In this document: positions 12,130-23,959 of the stretch, in pieces | Layout: each line of letters begins with the position of its first letter | How positions within the stretch are numbered: position 1 is the first letter of the stretch | NCBI RefSeq assembly: GCF_018350175.1 | Contig: NC_058371.1 | Location: forward strand, 136,152,001 to 136,216,000 | Length of the DNA stretch: 64,000 bases | Source: Felis catus | Lineage: Eukaryota | Reading direction: 5' to 3' | Translations under genes and position numbers: made by a program | Notes under the pieces: generated by a model | Told to the model about the DNA's origin: nothing | The model's input: the letters and a program-made list of their open reading frames with translations, nothing else | The model's database searches: none

Positions 12130-12582
12130 AACTCCTGCTCAGCAGATTTGAGGCTCTTTTTATATCCCCCTCTGCACTCATCATTCCAAGTTCACAACTT
12201 TTTCCTTTAAGTTCCTATGAATTTTCTGCAGAAGAGTGCTCAGCCCATGTGTAGGGCAGGTCAGATGCCTGGATATTAACACCCTAGAACACTTCTCAAC
12301 CAATGGTGAATGAATGTTGATGGATAAATACCCCAGTTTCCTTACACATCAGGTAGAACAACTTAGAAGCGTTTTCTACACCATCTTCCAGAGGTCCCTA
12401 GTAGCAAGGGATCCCATTTGAGCACAGCTGTGACTTACTCACTGACATACTTATATTGACTTTCTTCCTTCTCTATTCTACTTTTCCTCCTCTCAAAGTG
12501 TTGTTTCCTGGGATGAGCTCCCAAATAATGTACTTGCAATCAAATCCTAATCAAGGGTCTGCTTTGGGGAGAAACAAACTCT
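12130..12582 (+). mobile_element. ERVL solo LTR (LTR16A-like)
   Basis: ccagaggtcccta...tttcctgggatgagctcccaaataatgtacttgcaatcaaatcc...agggtctgctttgggg matches the LTR16 3' end (recalled). Confidence 0.75.
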
Positions 12583-12584
12583 TC

Positions 12585-13093
12585 CAGTTTTTACTACCAT
12601 TACAGTAAACCCCCCAAAACTTAGTGGCATAAAGAATTGATTATTTTGGTTAGGAATTCAAATAGGGCACAATGAGGTTGGCTTGTCTCCACTCTATAAT
12701 ATCTGGGACCTCAGGTGGCAATACTCAAAGGCTGAAGATGGCAGCTACTGTCCGAAATCACCTGAAAGCTCCTGATGCACAAATCTGAAGCCTGGGTTGA
12801 AATAACTCAATTGCTGAGCTCAGCTGAAAGTAGGGACCTGGGATCCCACAGGTAGCCTCTGCAGCATGGAAGTCTCAAGGTGGTGACTCTTCTTATATGT
12901 TTGCTGGCTTCCTCCAAAGTGTTTCCCAAAAGAATCAGGTAGAAGCTATATGGTTCTTTTGGACCTAACCTTTGCACTTGTATAGGATCACTTTTGTTAC
13001 ATTTTTTTGGTTATAAGCCAGTTACTAAATTGGCTCAGATTTGATGGGAAGCATGTCAGAAAACTTGCAGACATATTTTAAAACTTCCACACA
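12585..13093 (-). mobile_element. MaLR solo LTR (MLT1H/I/J-like)
   Basis: ccccaaaacttagtggcataaag at the left end is the antisense MLT1 3' terminus. The right end reads gcagacatattttaaaacttccacaca. Confidence 0.7.
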
Positions 13094-13799
13094 AACTAAG
13101 AGAGAATTATTGCAAATAGGAGGATTTGATTCCTAACAAAGAGCAGTCTCCTTGATAAAGCTTTTGTAAAAGATATGAAAAACTAGATTTATAAGTTTTG
13201 TTATTTTATCATTCTGCCAGGTTGACGATTTTTATTTGCAGAGGTGTAGCTATAAATCAGCTGAGGAGTGACATATCAAATTCATTTTTGTTAATTTAAT
13301 CTAATTTGGAATGCACTGAGAGGGTGTATTATTTAAATAAATATTTCAGTAAATTATTTTTTAATGGGAATAATAGAGTGAGTTTACTTATATGGATTTT
13401 CTTGAAGCTAATCATACATGTAATTGCATTTTTGAATATCAGTTACAACTTGGTACTTTAATATATTTTAGTCTGGTCATGAATTCTAAGTTTAAATTAG
13501 AGAAAACAAGAAGGAAATATGAGACATTATTTTATGATGGATAAGAGATAACATACAGAGGTCTGTGTGTATTCAGCAGTTGTAAGTTCATGTCAACAGA
13601 AGCTTAGAGAATTGCTTTCACTCTTGATAGGGAAATAACAGGACAAATCATAATATCTTATAGTATCTGAGATGAAATAGGATCTAGAAGTTCTTTTAGT
13701 TCAAACTTTTAACTTTTTAGATGTCTTGAGAGATTATGTTTGTACACTTCGAATATACATAATCTAGGTACAGAAATGTTGCACAGTTTGCTTGTCTAT

Positions 13800-14021
13800 A
13801 ATGATCGAAATAGCTAGATAAAGTAAAATTATAGAAAGAGCAAAATGATCGGTGGTTGTCAAGGGTTCAGTGGGAGGAGTAAAGGATGAATAATGAAGCA
13901 CAGGGGATTTTTAGGACAGTGAAATTATTCTGTATAATAGTGTAGTTGTGAATATGAGATGTCACACATCTGTCAAAATGCATAAAAGTATATAGCGCAA
14001 AGAATGAGCTGTAATGTGTAC
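13800..14021 (+). mobile_element. L1MC3-like 3' UTR, upstream piece
   Basis: gatcggtggttgtcaagggtt...gcacaggggatttttaggacagtgaaattattctgtat. Confidence 0.75.
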
Positions 14022-14367
14022 TACTATGAACTGAATTGTGTCTTCCCACCTCAAGTTCATATGTTGAGGCCCAAGCCACCAATGTGATCACAAGGGTGGG
14101 CTATATTCCAATAGGATTGGTAACATTATAAGAAGAGGAAAAGGGAGATATCTCTCTGTGCACACACCAAGGAGAATCACATGAGGACACAGCAAGTTGA
14201 TGATGGCCATTTGCAAGATAGGAAGAGAGCTCTTACCAGAACCTGAACTCTGCAAGAAGCTTGATCTTTGACCGTCCACTGTACAAAACTGTGAGAAAAT
14301 AAATTTCTGTTATTTGAGCCATGCAGTCTGTGGTATTTTGTTACGGCAGCCCAAGCAGATCAGTACA
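14022..14367 (+). mobile_element. MaLR 5' LTR (MLT1A/B-like)
   Basis: Starts tactatgaactgaattgtgtc and ends aactgtgagaaaataaatttctgtt...gtggtattttgttacggcagcccaagcagatcagtaca. Confidence 0.85.
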
Positions 14368-15245
14368 AGATTTGGTACCAAGAAGTGGGCTGCTTCTATA
14401 AAAAATAACTAAAAATATGGAGGCAGCATTGAAACTGGGTAATGGGTGGAGACTGGAGGAGTTTTGAGGTGCATACTAAAAAAAGCGTAGATTAGCTCAC
14501 GAAGGGAATATTGGTAGAAATACGGAAGTTAAGTGGTGAGTTGTGTTGGTGTTCTAGTATTTAGTGCAGGTGATTTCTAAGCAAAGTGTTGATGGAGTGA
14601 CTTGGTTTCTTCTTATTACTTACAGAAAATTTGAGAGGAGAGAGATAAATTGAAGGAATTGTTAAGCAAAAAAACCAGAATTGAGGGATCTGGAAAATGC
14701 TCAGCCTATGTCTATTGCAGAAAATGAAGGGCACCTGGGTGGCTCAGTTGTTGAGTGTCCGACTTTGGCTCAGGTCATGATCTCATGGTTCGTGAGTTCG
14801 AGCCCCATGTCGGAGTGTGTGCAGATAGCTCAGAGCCTGGAGCTTACTTCGGATTCTGTGTCTCCCTCTCTCTCTGTCTTCCCCTACTCGTTCTCTCTCT
14901 CTCTCTCTCTCTCTCAAACATAAATAAACATTAAAAAAATTTTAATGAGAAAATATACTCTGAAGAGAACACTGAGGGTATGGCTGGACAACCATTTGAT
15001 AAGGGGATTACTATAAATGTGAACCACAGATCTAATCAGACATCTCCACAGAAGCCAGGAATAAAGAAGGGATTATACCAACAAACACTGCCAGTTTGGA
15101 CCAAAGGGAACAGGATGGAAATAGAACTATTCAGCTGCATTATTCTTCGAGAAAAGGGAAGACTGAACCCAAAGGTGATTCAGAGATCATCAGGGCTACC
15201 TCCTTGGTCAAAGGGTGGGGCAACCACTGCCTTGAGCCTTGGGAA
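14368..15245 (+). mobile_element. MaLR internal region (MLT1A-int), 3'-truncated
   Basis: Directly follows the LTR with agatttggtacca, then ttgaaactgggtaatggg...ggaggagttttgagg and gatttctaagcaaagtgttga. Confidence 0.8.
14729..14944 (+). mobile_element. SINEC inserted in MLT1A-int
   Basis: gggcacctgggtggctcag...(CT)n...aataaacattaaaaaaat. Confidence 0.96.
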
Positions 15246-16541
15246 TAACTTTTTAAAGTCATTTAGAAGGTTAGGGGAGCTCAGGAAAGAATGCAGACCC
15301 TAACAAGAACATCTAACTATATTACAGATGTATGATACAAACTCACTGAAGAATATGGGGAAAAGGGGCTGAACTAAGTATCTTTGGAGAAAAGTGATGT
15401 ATGTAAGACTGAAGACAAAGAGATAGTATATAACACTATACTGAAGTTGATGAAGTTGTTTCTCAAAGGAGTTCAGATTAGCAATTCTGATACTGCTATA
15501 CATGTATACTGGATTAAGAAAATTGATGGCAGGGTCAAGTTTCTCACTGTTGGAGTAGGAGTTTGCACATAAACAAGAAGAAGATGTGAGAAGGATCCAT
15601 GTGGAAGTGGATTAGAGCTGAAAATACCAGTTCAATATGTGTTTCACTTAATATAGCTACAGATGGTTACATATAGAAAGACTTATTATGCATCTATGTA
15701 TATACATGGGTTAGTATAAAAACATATATTTTTGCTCTGTCAGATGAGATGGCCTAAAAGAAATGACATTATAGGAGCAAGGACCACACTTAGTACCCAG
15801 ATCTTGGTTTGTAATACTATTCTCTGATAAAAGGGGTAAAAGTTTCTTGGGGGAAATGACTGATTCTAGGATTGCAACAAGAGATATAAAAGGTGAGCCT
15901 AGAGCATCTTGTAGTGTGAGAAAATAAGGAAATGTTCAAAAGAATAAAAAAGAAAGAAGGAAGGAAAGAAAGCAGGAAAGAAAGACCCCACACATTGATC
16001 AGAAACCAACCGAAAGAATACCCAAGGGCCAAAGCTGGAACAATTTGAGCAACAAAATAAATAATGTAGTATTGGATTACACTTCATTATATAATATTAT
16101 ATACTTCAGGTTATATGAAGTATATACTTTATATATATAAAGTGTATATGTGTGTATATATTGAAGTATAAATGAAATATCAATGTGTTTATGCTGATAT
16201 AAATAAATGACTGGATAAATTAATAAATGAAGAAGAGAAAAATCTCTGAAGGATGAAGAAGGATTCAAAATAAACTACAGATACTCAACCCTCTGGAAGG
16301 GGGAGCAGAACTCCCCACTCCTTGAGTTTAGGCTGTACATAGTGACTTACTTCCAAAAGTATATTCTATGAAAAGGCAGGGAAAGAGTAACTTTACAGTG
16401 GAGAAATCTGACACACCCTTAACCAGGTGACCAAGTCTAACATCAGTAACTATAAATCATGTTGATAGCATGTACCCTTGATATAATATGAGAATGGCAC
16501 TTTATCTCTGTGGTTTTCCTTTGAATAACCCATAACTCCAG

Positions 16542-16650
16542 ATTTTATTAAGACCTCTGATTTTATTGAGATATAATTGATATGTAACACTGTATCAGTT
16601 TAAGGTATATAATGTAATGATTATATTTATAATATAATCTGGAGTTATAT

Positions 16651-16686
<36 letters not shown>

Positions 16687-16783
16687 TGAGTGATTGCTAC
16701 AGTAAGTTTAGTTAACATTTATCACCTCATATAGTTACAAATATCTTTTTATTGGGGTGAGAACTTTATGATCTCCTTAAACT
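16542..16783 (-). mobile_element. Short L1 3' end (L1MA9/L1MB-like) nested in L1MC3
   Basis: ttttattgagatataattga...ggtgagaacttt. 13-bp TSD cccataactccag at 16529-16541 and 16784-16796. Confidence 0.85.
16653..16684. repeat. (GT)n microsatellite
   Basis: Visible array. Confidence 0.97.
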
Positions 16784-17724
16784 CCCATAACTCCAGTCTT
16801 ATCACAAGGCAAACATGAGGCAATTCCAATAATGAGGCATCCTACAAAATACATGACTGGTATTCTTCAAAAATGTCAAATCATCAAAAACAAGGAAAAT
16901 CCTGAGAAACTATCACAGATGAGAGGAGCCTAAGGAGGGCATGATGACTAAATGTAATGTGGTATCCTGAATGGGCTCCTAGAACACACACAAAAAAGGA
17001 CATTAGGTAAAAACTAAGTAAACTATGGACTTTAATTAATAATATACCAATATTGGCTCACTAACTATAACAAATATATCAGAAGGGAACCAGATAATTG
17101 ATGGATTTATTTTTCATTTTGGACATTCTAGACAGACTTCATATTAAGCTAAAAAATCTGATGAAACCTGGACTGTTTAGTCAAATTTCATGTTTCCTAA
17201 ATTATGTGGTGATGAAGATATTTGCAAATATTTAGATGAGTAAGTTTTTCTATTTTAATCAGCTTTTTGGCGAGGCAGAGTCATAGCTTGTGTATACTGT
17301 AGGGATTGTGCCTTTTCTCTTATGCCTTTGTGTTCTCTTCTTTTCCTTTTCTGGCATCCACAGAATTCTTTTATTAGCCCAAATTCTAAGGCCTTCCTCT
17401 AGTTGAGCCTCTGAAAATATTCTCAAATTTCAGTTCTGGCTAATCCAGACTGGGACAGATGCTCTCATTGGATAGGATGAATCAGGGCTGGGCACAGATC
17501 CTGCAGTGCCCTTTCTTTCTGCCAGGAGATCAACAGAGAATCTCTGAACTCTCATTTGCTATACTCAGAACTGAAACCTTGTGATACTATTAACACCTTA
17601 AAAATGGTGTAACCTGGGAAGAAAACAAACAACCAAAACTAACTAATGATAGCTTGAGGGAAAATAAAGGGGAAACGTGTTGTTTTTTTTTTTTTTTTAT
17701 ACTTGTTTCCATTCAGGCGGGAGA

Positions 17725-17860
17725 GATGCTGGGCAAGTCTACTTACATTCTCTGTTCCTCAGGCTACGCATCTGTGAAGTAGAGTCACCCATAAATATCA
17801 GAGGTAATATTGTGAAATAATGTGTCAGCAGCTACATTATAGGATAACACTTATGAGCTA
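17725..17860 (+). mobile_element. MIR
   Basis: tgggcaagtctactt...ctctgttcctcag...catctgtgaagt resembles the MIR core. Confidence 0.6.
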
Positions 17861-19141
17861 GTATTTACAAGAAAATAAACTAATTTAAGATAGTGTGGAT
17901 GAAAATATTGAGAAATGCCTGTAGTTTTGAAAGAGGAAAACAGTATGCATTTTGTTAGGAGTCCTCTGATTATATGATTGATAGCAATACAGACATTCCC
18001 CATCCGAAAGGAGACCTGCTGGACCTGATGACATTCTGTTAGGTTCCTTGGACAGGATGTGACAGTTTTGCAACATTAAAATATGCTCATTTGCATCTTC
18101 CTTAGGAACATCTGGAGAGGGAAAAAAAGTGGCTTTGGAAAGCTGTTCAACTCGCAAAACACTGAGGCTGAGCAAACATTCCAGCTTTCCCTCGCTGGCC
18201 ATCACTCACACCCAATGTATTTATTCTTTTTCTCCGACAAGAGAGCAACATTTGGAATAGCTCAAGCTGCTGAGTTAATCATCGAGACGCCGTGGGGATG
18301 TTTTAAGCCATGGGCCTACTCTCCTCGTATGATTTGGAATCAACACAACCACCAGGCTGAGTAAGGCAAAAACTGTGGCTGGTCCAATGTTGAGGAATCA
18401 AATTTGCTACCTTTCAAATGTCCCATCTCTGTTTAAAGCATCAATGCCAATGGCAGGAACTTGCCAGTATTTCAGTGAGTCATTGGATTTAATTCAGCAT
18501 TGACCCCAAAAGATTTTTACCTAAGATGGGTGCATGCTTTTCCTCTTTTATTATGAAATTCTATTCTTTTACCATGTACATTGGGACTCAGAAGCTGGAT
18601 TTTATCTTGTCATTCTTGAGTAGTGGTAGAACCTTCTGAAGTCATTCTCTATATGCGCCACTCCATCCCTCTTTCTCAGTACTCTAAAACCAGTAACACT
18701 TTACTACCAAAGAACTATTACCTCCCACCCCCTTCTTTTTGTTCCTGGGTGAAGCTAGGCTTTGAGGTCTGATATTCTAATGGTTTCTTACCTTGTTTTT
18801 AGTAGACAAATGTATATCTTTGCTTTGCTCCATGGCAGCAGTTATTTAGAACTTAGTACGTATTTATATTCAGCTAGGAAGTAAAATTAAAATATAAGGC
18901 ATGAATGAGTAGGCAGATAAAATGTTGCCCAGAATATGACTTAAAAGTCCTGAAATACCATCCATCTGGGGAACATCAGTAAGATGCTGATTGCCCTAAG
19001 TTGGCTTGTGAGTTATTGGAACTCTACCAAGAAGTTAAGAAATACATTGAAATCAAGATATGTCCAGGAAAAAATACTCCACATGTTGTGCTTGAAGGGT
19101 ATGTAAATATAACCCCTTCCATTTTAGCTTGTAAAGCAGAA

Positions 19142-19169
19142 TACTACTACTACTACTAATAATAATAAT
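19142..19169. repeat. Compound (ACT)n(AAT)n microsatellite
   Basis: tactactactactactaataataataat. Confidence 0.9.
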
Positions 19170-19848
19170 GTCAACAATAATAATGATAGGGGCCTATGGC
19201 TTAGAAAAACTGCCATTTATCATAGTGAAGCCAATGGAGAAGTATTCGTGGAAATTGATACCAAAATTTAAAAAATTCTCTATGGACTGCCCACAGCATA
19301 GCTGAAGCCAGAGTTTGGGGGGCTTTAGTTATCCAGGTAGTTGCTTTGGACTTTTACTCTATTTCATAAGGACCAAAGAGTCAATGTGTATTTCCACCAA
19401 CAGGTGATGATCAGGAAGACCAAGATACCTGGAGCGCCAACTGGAAAAAGATAATTTCTACCTTTTCTTTCCAGGTAGCAATGATATGGCAAAGAGTTCT
19501 TTGAAGTGCTTTAAGAAAATCTCAAAAAGCATTTTTCTTTTTTCGTATTTCTCTGATGCTTTATCTTAAATTTCCCCAGTTGAAGCACTGTTGTTTAATA
19601 CACAGGAATTAATTATGGCATTAGAACAAATAATGCCCTTGCCAGTTTTTTGCTGTTAAACAATGGTTTCCTTGTTTTGGTTCATCTCAGTTAACTGAAA
19701 AGGTCCTCACCTAATCATGTCCTCTTGTCATTGAAAGGCAGGAAAAGAACTAACACAGCAGAGAAGACTATTTTCAAAATCAATCCTTCATATTTAAAAG
19801 AGAGATCCATCCTCTCCAGGAGGTGCAAACACAGTCATTAGAACCGAG

Positions 19849-20004
19849 NNNNNNNNNNNNNNNNNNNNNNNNNNNNNNNNNNNNNNNNNNNNNNNNNNNN
19901 NNNNNNNNNNNNNNNNNNNNNNNNNNNNNNNNNNNNNNNNNNNNNNNNNNNNNNNNNNNNNNNNNNNNNNNNNNNNNNNNNNNNNNNNNNNNNNNNNNNN
20001 NNNN
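19849..20004. other. Assembly gap (156 N)
   Basis: N run. Confidence 1.
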
Positions 20005-20467
20005 TGAATGCTAGAAGAACATCATTTTCCCTCCCATCATTTGAGCTGCATTATTTCCACTCACCTGTCAGCTCAATGTCCTTTTTTGGGGGTATTCTTT
20101 GATTCCAGCCCTAACATTTCACAGTTTCCCAAGAATGTAATGTAAATGGGATCCACTGGTTAAAGGTACCTCTCACTTCTGAAATTCTTCTAGGCTGTAA
20201 AGGAAAGCAGTGAGTCTTTGAGCCATCTTTTCTGCTTTATATTTGATCTCTGAAGCAAAGAAGCAGCATCATTCTCCTGCAATTTCCTTCCATTGCAATT
20301 TGTACAAGGCCTATCTGTAAAATGGTATAAGGGACCCTCCATGTTACATTAAATATTGGAATTGGTTGTTTATTCTTCCATCTCAAGAGGAAACATCTGC
20401 TTGAACCCCAGATCTCAGGCAGAACACAATCATCATAAAAACAATCCTTAAAATATCCTTGGTACCA

Positions 20468-20646
20468 GGGGCACTGGGTGACTCAGTTAAGTGTCCGACT
20501 TCGGCTCAGGTCACGATCTCTTGGTTTGTGGTCTCAAGCCCCACATCAGGCTCTCTGCTATCAGTGCAGAACCTGCTTCAGTTCCTCTGTCCCCTTCTCT
20601 CTCTCCCCCCCACTCACGTGCTATTTCTCTCAAAAATAAACATTAA
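20468..20646 (+). mobile_element. SINEC (older, shorter subtype)
   Basis: ggggcactgggtgactcagttaagtgtccgacttcggctcagg. 18-bp TSD aaaatatccttggtacca at 20450-20467 and 20647-20664. Confidence 0.96.
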
Positions 20647-20784
20647 AAAATATCCTTGGTACCAGCTGTGTATCAGACTCAACACCTGGGCTAACCAAGT
20701 CATATATATCAAGACAGCCTGTACCCTAAACAACTAAAATTACGCTCACAAAATCATGGCTTTTAAGTCACAGCATGCTGAATA

Positions 20785-21020
20785 ACATGTATTGAGCACT
20801 GAGGATGTACTAGGCAGTGGAGCTGAGTGCTTTACACTCTTTGATTCCATTGAACTCTAACAATGATGCCAGGAACAGGCACAGTTTAAACTTGTTTTGC
20901 AGACGTGAAGACTAAGGGCCAAGATGGAGAAATAACATTTTCCTAAAGTCACCAGTAGTGGCAGAACCAGCTTTTAAACTGAGATTTTCTGTCTGGAAAG
21001 CAAAAGCCCTGAATTTCTAC
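20785..21020 (-). mobile_element. MIR
   Basis: tattgagcact...tgagtgctttacac...ttttgcagacgtgaagactaagg...aaagtcacc...gtggcagaacc. Confidence 0.75.
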
Positions 21021-22184
21021 CCCATGCCACACCACTTCCTCCTCTACCCATCCTGTAGATATTAATGAGGCCAGACTGGCAGGGAGTTGGAGATGGAATG
21101 GTTGAAAGAAGTATGCTGTTTGGATTTTGATGATTTTAGACCTCATGTTTGGTTTTAGAAAGGGGCAAAGAAGATAAAATAGAGCAGTAGACCCTTTCTC
21201 AAGAACTTCTAGAAAGCACAGAAAAATCATTCTTCCCACAAAGGTAACTGAGCAAATGTTCAAATATTCTCTGAGGTTATTTGATCTTGACTCCTAGAAG
21301 GAGAGAGGATCTCTTTATGAAGTAAGTCTTTGGTACTCTCAACATTTGGGATAAAGTTTACAATCTTTGTGTCACAATAGTGTCAAGGGTGTGGCAATAT
21401 CATCGCTGTGTGTCTCTCTCATGTCTCTTTTGCAGGTGCACACTCCTGGTGGTTAGGTGCAGCAGAGATATCTGCTCTTTAAATGGCTCTGAGTAATGTT
21501 GCCAAGAAGTACACTTACATTATTTAAAGACCTTTTAAAAGAGAGAACCCTCCCCCCTTCTAGCACACTCTTGGCTGATAATCCCTATTGAACAATCTGC
21601 TGCTATATTTCTTGGAGACATTATTTAAAATCCTTTTAAAGCGCAGTTCTTCCTACTTCCCTACGATTGATACCTGTGAAGGGCTTAATAGTATCAGGGA
21701 GGAGGGTGATAGGGAGGGGAGAGGAGGATGACTGCTACTTAAAAGGATTTAAAAGAATGTTGCAGCCATATTTCATAACCGTGATGCCTAAAAGCCTACA
21801 GTAAGGAGGCAAAAAGGCTGCTGCTTCTTTTTCTGGGCATTTTTTTTTTTTAATGGGAGATATCCTTCTGAGTTTGCTTTACCTGCTCAAAGAACCACTA
21901 AGATTACTGACCAGTCTATAGTAGTTTCACATTCGAAGCCCAGTGCTCACCTGGAGAAACTGGAGGAGATCTTAGAATTTTCTGGAGTAGAGATTGAAGG
22001 TGCAGATATCTATAGAGCCCAGAAAGAGTGAAGTGGGCTGGATGTAAGACAAGAGGGACTCATGGAGACTTTTACATTTAAATGCATACGTGTATGTACT
22101 ATACACACACTATAAACACATATGCTATATACACATGTAATGCATATATATATAAACATGCATATACTTCGCTTTCAGGTAGCT

Positions 22185-22640
22185 TAAATAATACATATAG
22201 CTGATACTTATTGAGCACTGTGTTCCAGGTACTCTTTCTGCACTTTATGTGCAATTTCACTTAATACATCAATATTATGATGTATATATTCCTTTTGAAG
22301 TTTTTATTTATTTATTTTTGACAGAGAGAGAGTGTGTGTGCCAAAGAGGGGAGGGACAAAGAGAGGGGGATACAAAGGATCCGAAGCAGGCTCTGCATGG
22401 ACAACAGAGAGCCTGATGTGGGGCTCAAACCCTCATGACCTGAGCCAAAGGCAGACGCTTAGCCAACTGAGCCATCCAGGCGCCCCTGACATATATATTC
22501 TTATTGTTATCTTATGAAAAATGAGAAACTGAGGCACTGCAAGATAGATCACTCAGATCGTGAATGAGACAGTCAAACAATTCCCACCCGAGCCTCTGTG
22601 TACTCACTCCAGGACCCAAATTCTTAAACATTACACTTTT
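22185..22640 (-). mobile_element. MIR split by a SINEC
   Basis: acttattgagcactgtgttccagg before the SINE and aaatgagaaactgaggcac after it. Confidence 0.75.
22292..22486 (-). mobile_element. SINEC (older subtype)
   Basis: Ends gagccatccaggcgcccc. TSD tga(tg/ca)tatatattc at 22278-22291 and 22487-22500. Confidence 0.95.
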
Positions 22641-22929
22641 CTGAGTGCACAACCATCCTCTTGTAAGTGTTGAAAAATAGTCCATGTAGGGGTGTGTAAA
22701 TGAACTGTGATCCTCTTGATTTCCTATTCTCATTGTTGTTCTCTTTTTTCCATTGTTATCTTTACTACTCAGCAATATCATTAAGGTCAGCACACTGTTT
22801 TTTGAACGATTGATAAGAGCTGATGATAGATTTTAGTTATTTTCATAACAGATTTGAGTATTTGTGCAGTTGCTCTAAGTGCTGTCTAGCCTTCCAAAAT
22901 TAAAAGATCTTAAGAAATTTAGAGCTTGA

Positions 22930-23060
22930 AAGGAATCTAGAAATTATTTAGTCAAGTAGCTGAATCTTACACATGAGGATACTAACACCCAGAGAGAGCA
23001 AGTGACATGCCTAAAATGATACACTTGGTGGTAAATGCAATACTAGAATCCAGGTATGTC
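22930..23060 (-). mobile_element. MIR/MIR3 fragment
   Basis: ttacacatgaggatactaacacccagagagagcaagtgacatgcctaaaatgatacac. Confidence 0.6.
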
Positions 23061-23067
23061 ATTTGAT

Positions 23068-23425
23068 ACTGTAGCAAAAATTTACTCCCATTTCTGTTTC
23101 CATGGTTTAAGGTATGCAACTTTGTCCTGTCCTCCCACCTTGTTCCTGGGCTTGGCCATGTGACTTACTTTGGCCAATGAGATAGTAGCAGATGTGTTGC
23201 AAATAGAGTTATTAAAAGCACTTGCACCAATGCGGCTTGCTTGCTCTTATATCTTTGTCATTTCTATGGGAAGAAGAGGATGAGAAAAGCATGGAGTCAA
23301 CCCTCTCCAGCTAAGCCAAGCCTAGATCATTTAACCCTTTGCTGACCCACAAACTCATGAGAAGTAAGTCATTGCTATTTTAAGGCACTGGGTTGAGTTG
23401 GCTTATTATGGATCAGTAGGTAAAA
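23068..23425 (+). mobile_element. MaLR solo LTR (MLT1I/J-like)
   Basis: gggcttggccatgtgacttactttggccaatgag...ccagctaagccaagcctagatca...ctattttaaggcactgggtt. Confidence 0.75.
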
Positions 23426-23432
23426 TTAGATT

Positions 23433-23470
<38 letters not shown>

Positions 23471-23471
23471 G
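23433..23471. repeat. (TTG)13 microsatellite
   Basis: Visible array. Confidence 0.97.
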
Positions 23472-23609
23472 AGGTTCTCAGAATATTCCCTGAAATAAGT
23501 GCAGGAACTTTAAATGATGGAGACTCATTTTTTTTTTCTCTGAAATGTTCTACACCAACACCCAACTAAAGCAAAAAACCAAAAACTGATATTGAAAGAC
23601 ACTCTTATT

Positions 23610-23905
23610 ATTTGGGTCTCAGCTCAAATAGTAACCCTAGAAGAAGCTTTCCCTTGACAACCAATATAAAATTGTGCCTTACCCCCCCCCCCCAACCCCA
23701 GTTACACTAGCACATTACTCTGCTCATGTTTCTGGATTTATTGTTTTGACTGACTGATTGATTGATTGATACCTATTTGCTTATTTTCTCCACTAAAATT
23801 GAAATTCCATGAAACTAATCTTACCTGTCTTGCTCACTTCTGTATTCCTAGCACCTATTACAATGATTGGTACATTGTTGCCCCTCACTAAATGTTTTGG
23901 AAGGA
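23610..23905 (+). mobile_element. L2 3' end
   Basis: gggtctcagctcaaat...tccatgaa...tcttgctcacttctgtattcctagcacc. Confidence 0.75.
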
Positions 23906-23959
23906 AAAAAGTTATAAAGATATAAAGCATTTTCCTATGAGACCTTTTGAGGTCTATGC

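Larger units (their letters stand above)
15248..17082 (+). mobile_element. L1MC3-like long 3' UTR, downstream piece
   Basis: ggaaagaatgcagacc, caagtttctcactgttggag, ggccaaagctggaacaatttgagcaacaaaataaat, gagtaactttacagtggagaaa and gactaaatgtaatgtggtatcctg. Confidence 0.88.

Noticed and set aside
14980-15303. 107-aa ORF MAGQPFDKG...
   Set aside because: It runs from decayed MaLR internal sequence into L1MC3 across a deletion junction, so it is a chance frame.
345-16230. Inverted homologous L1MC3 segments (345-822 and ~15770-16290) suggesting an inversion
   Set aside because: Each differs independently from the family pattern, and two separate insertions explain it.
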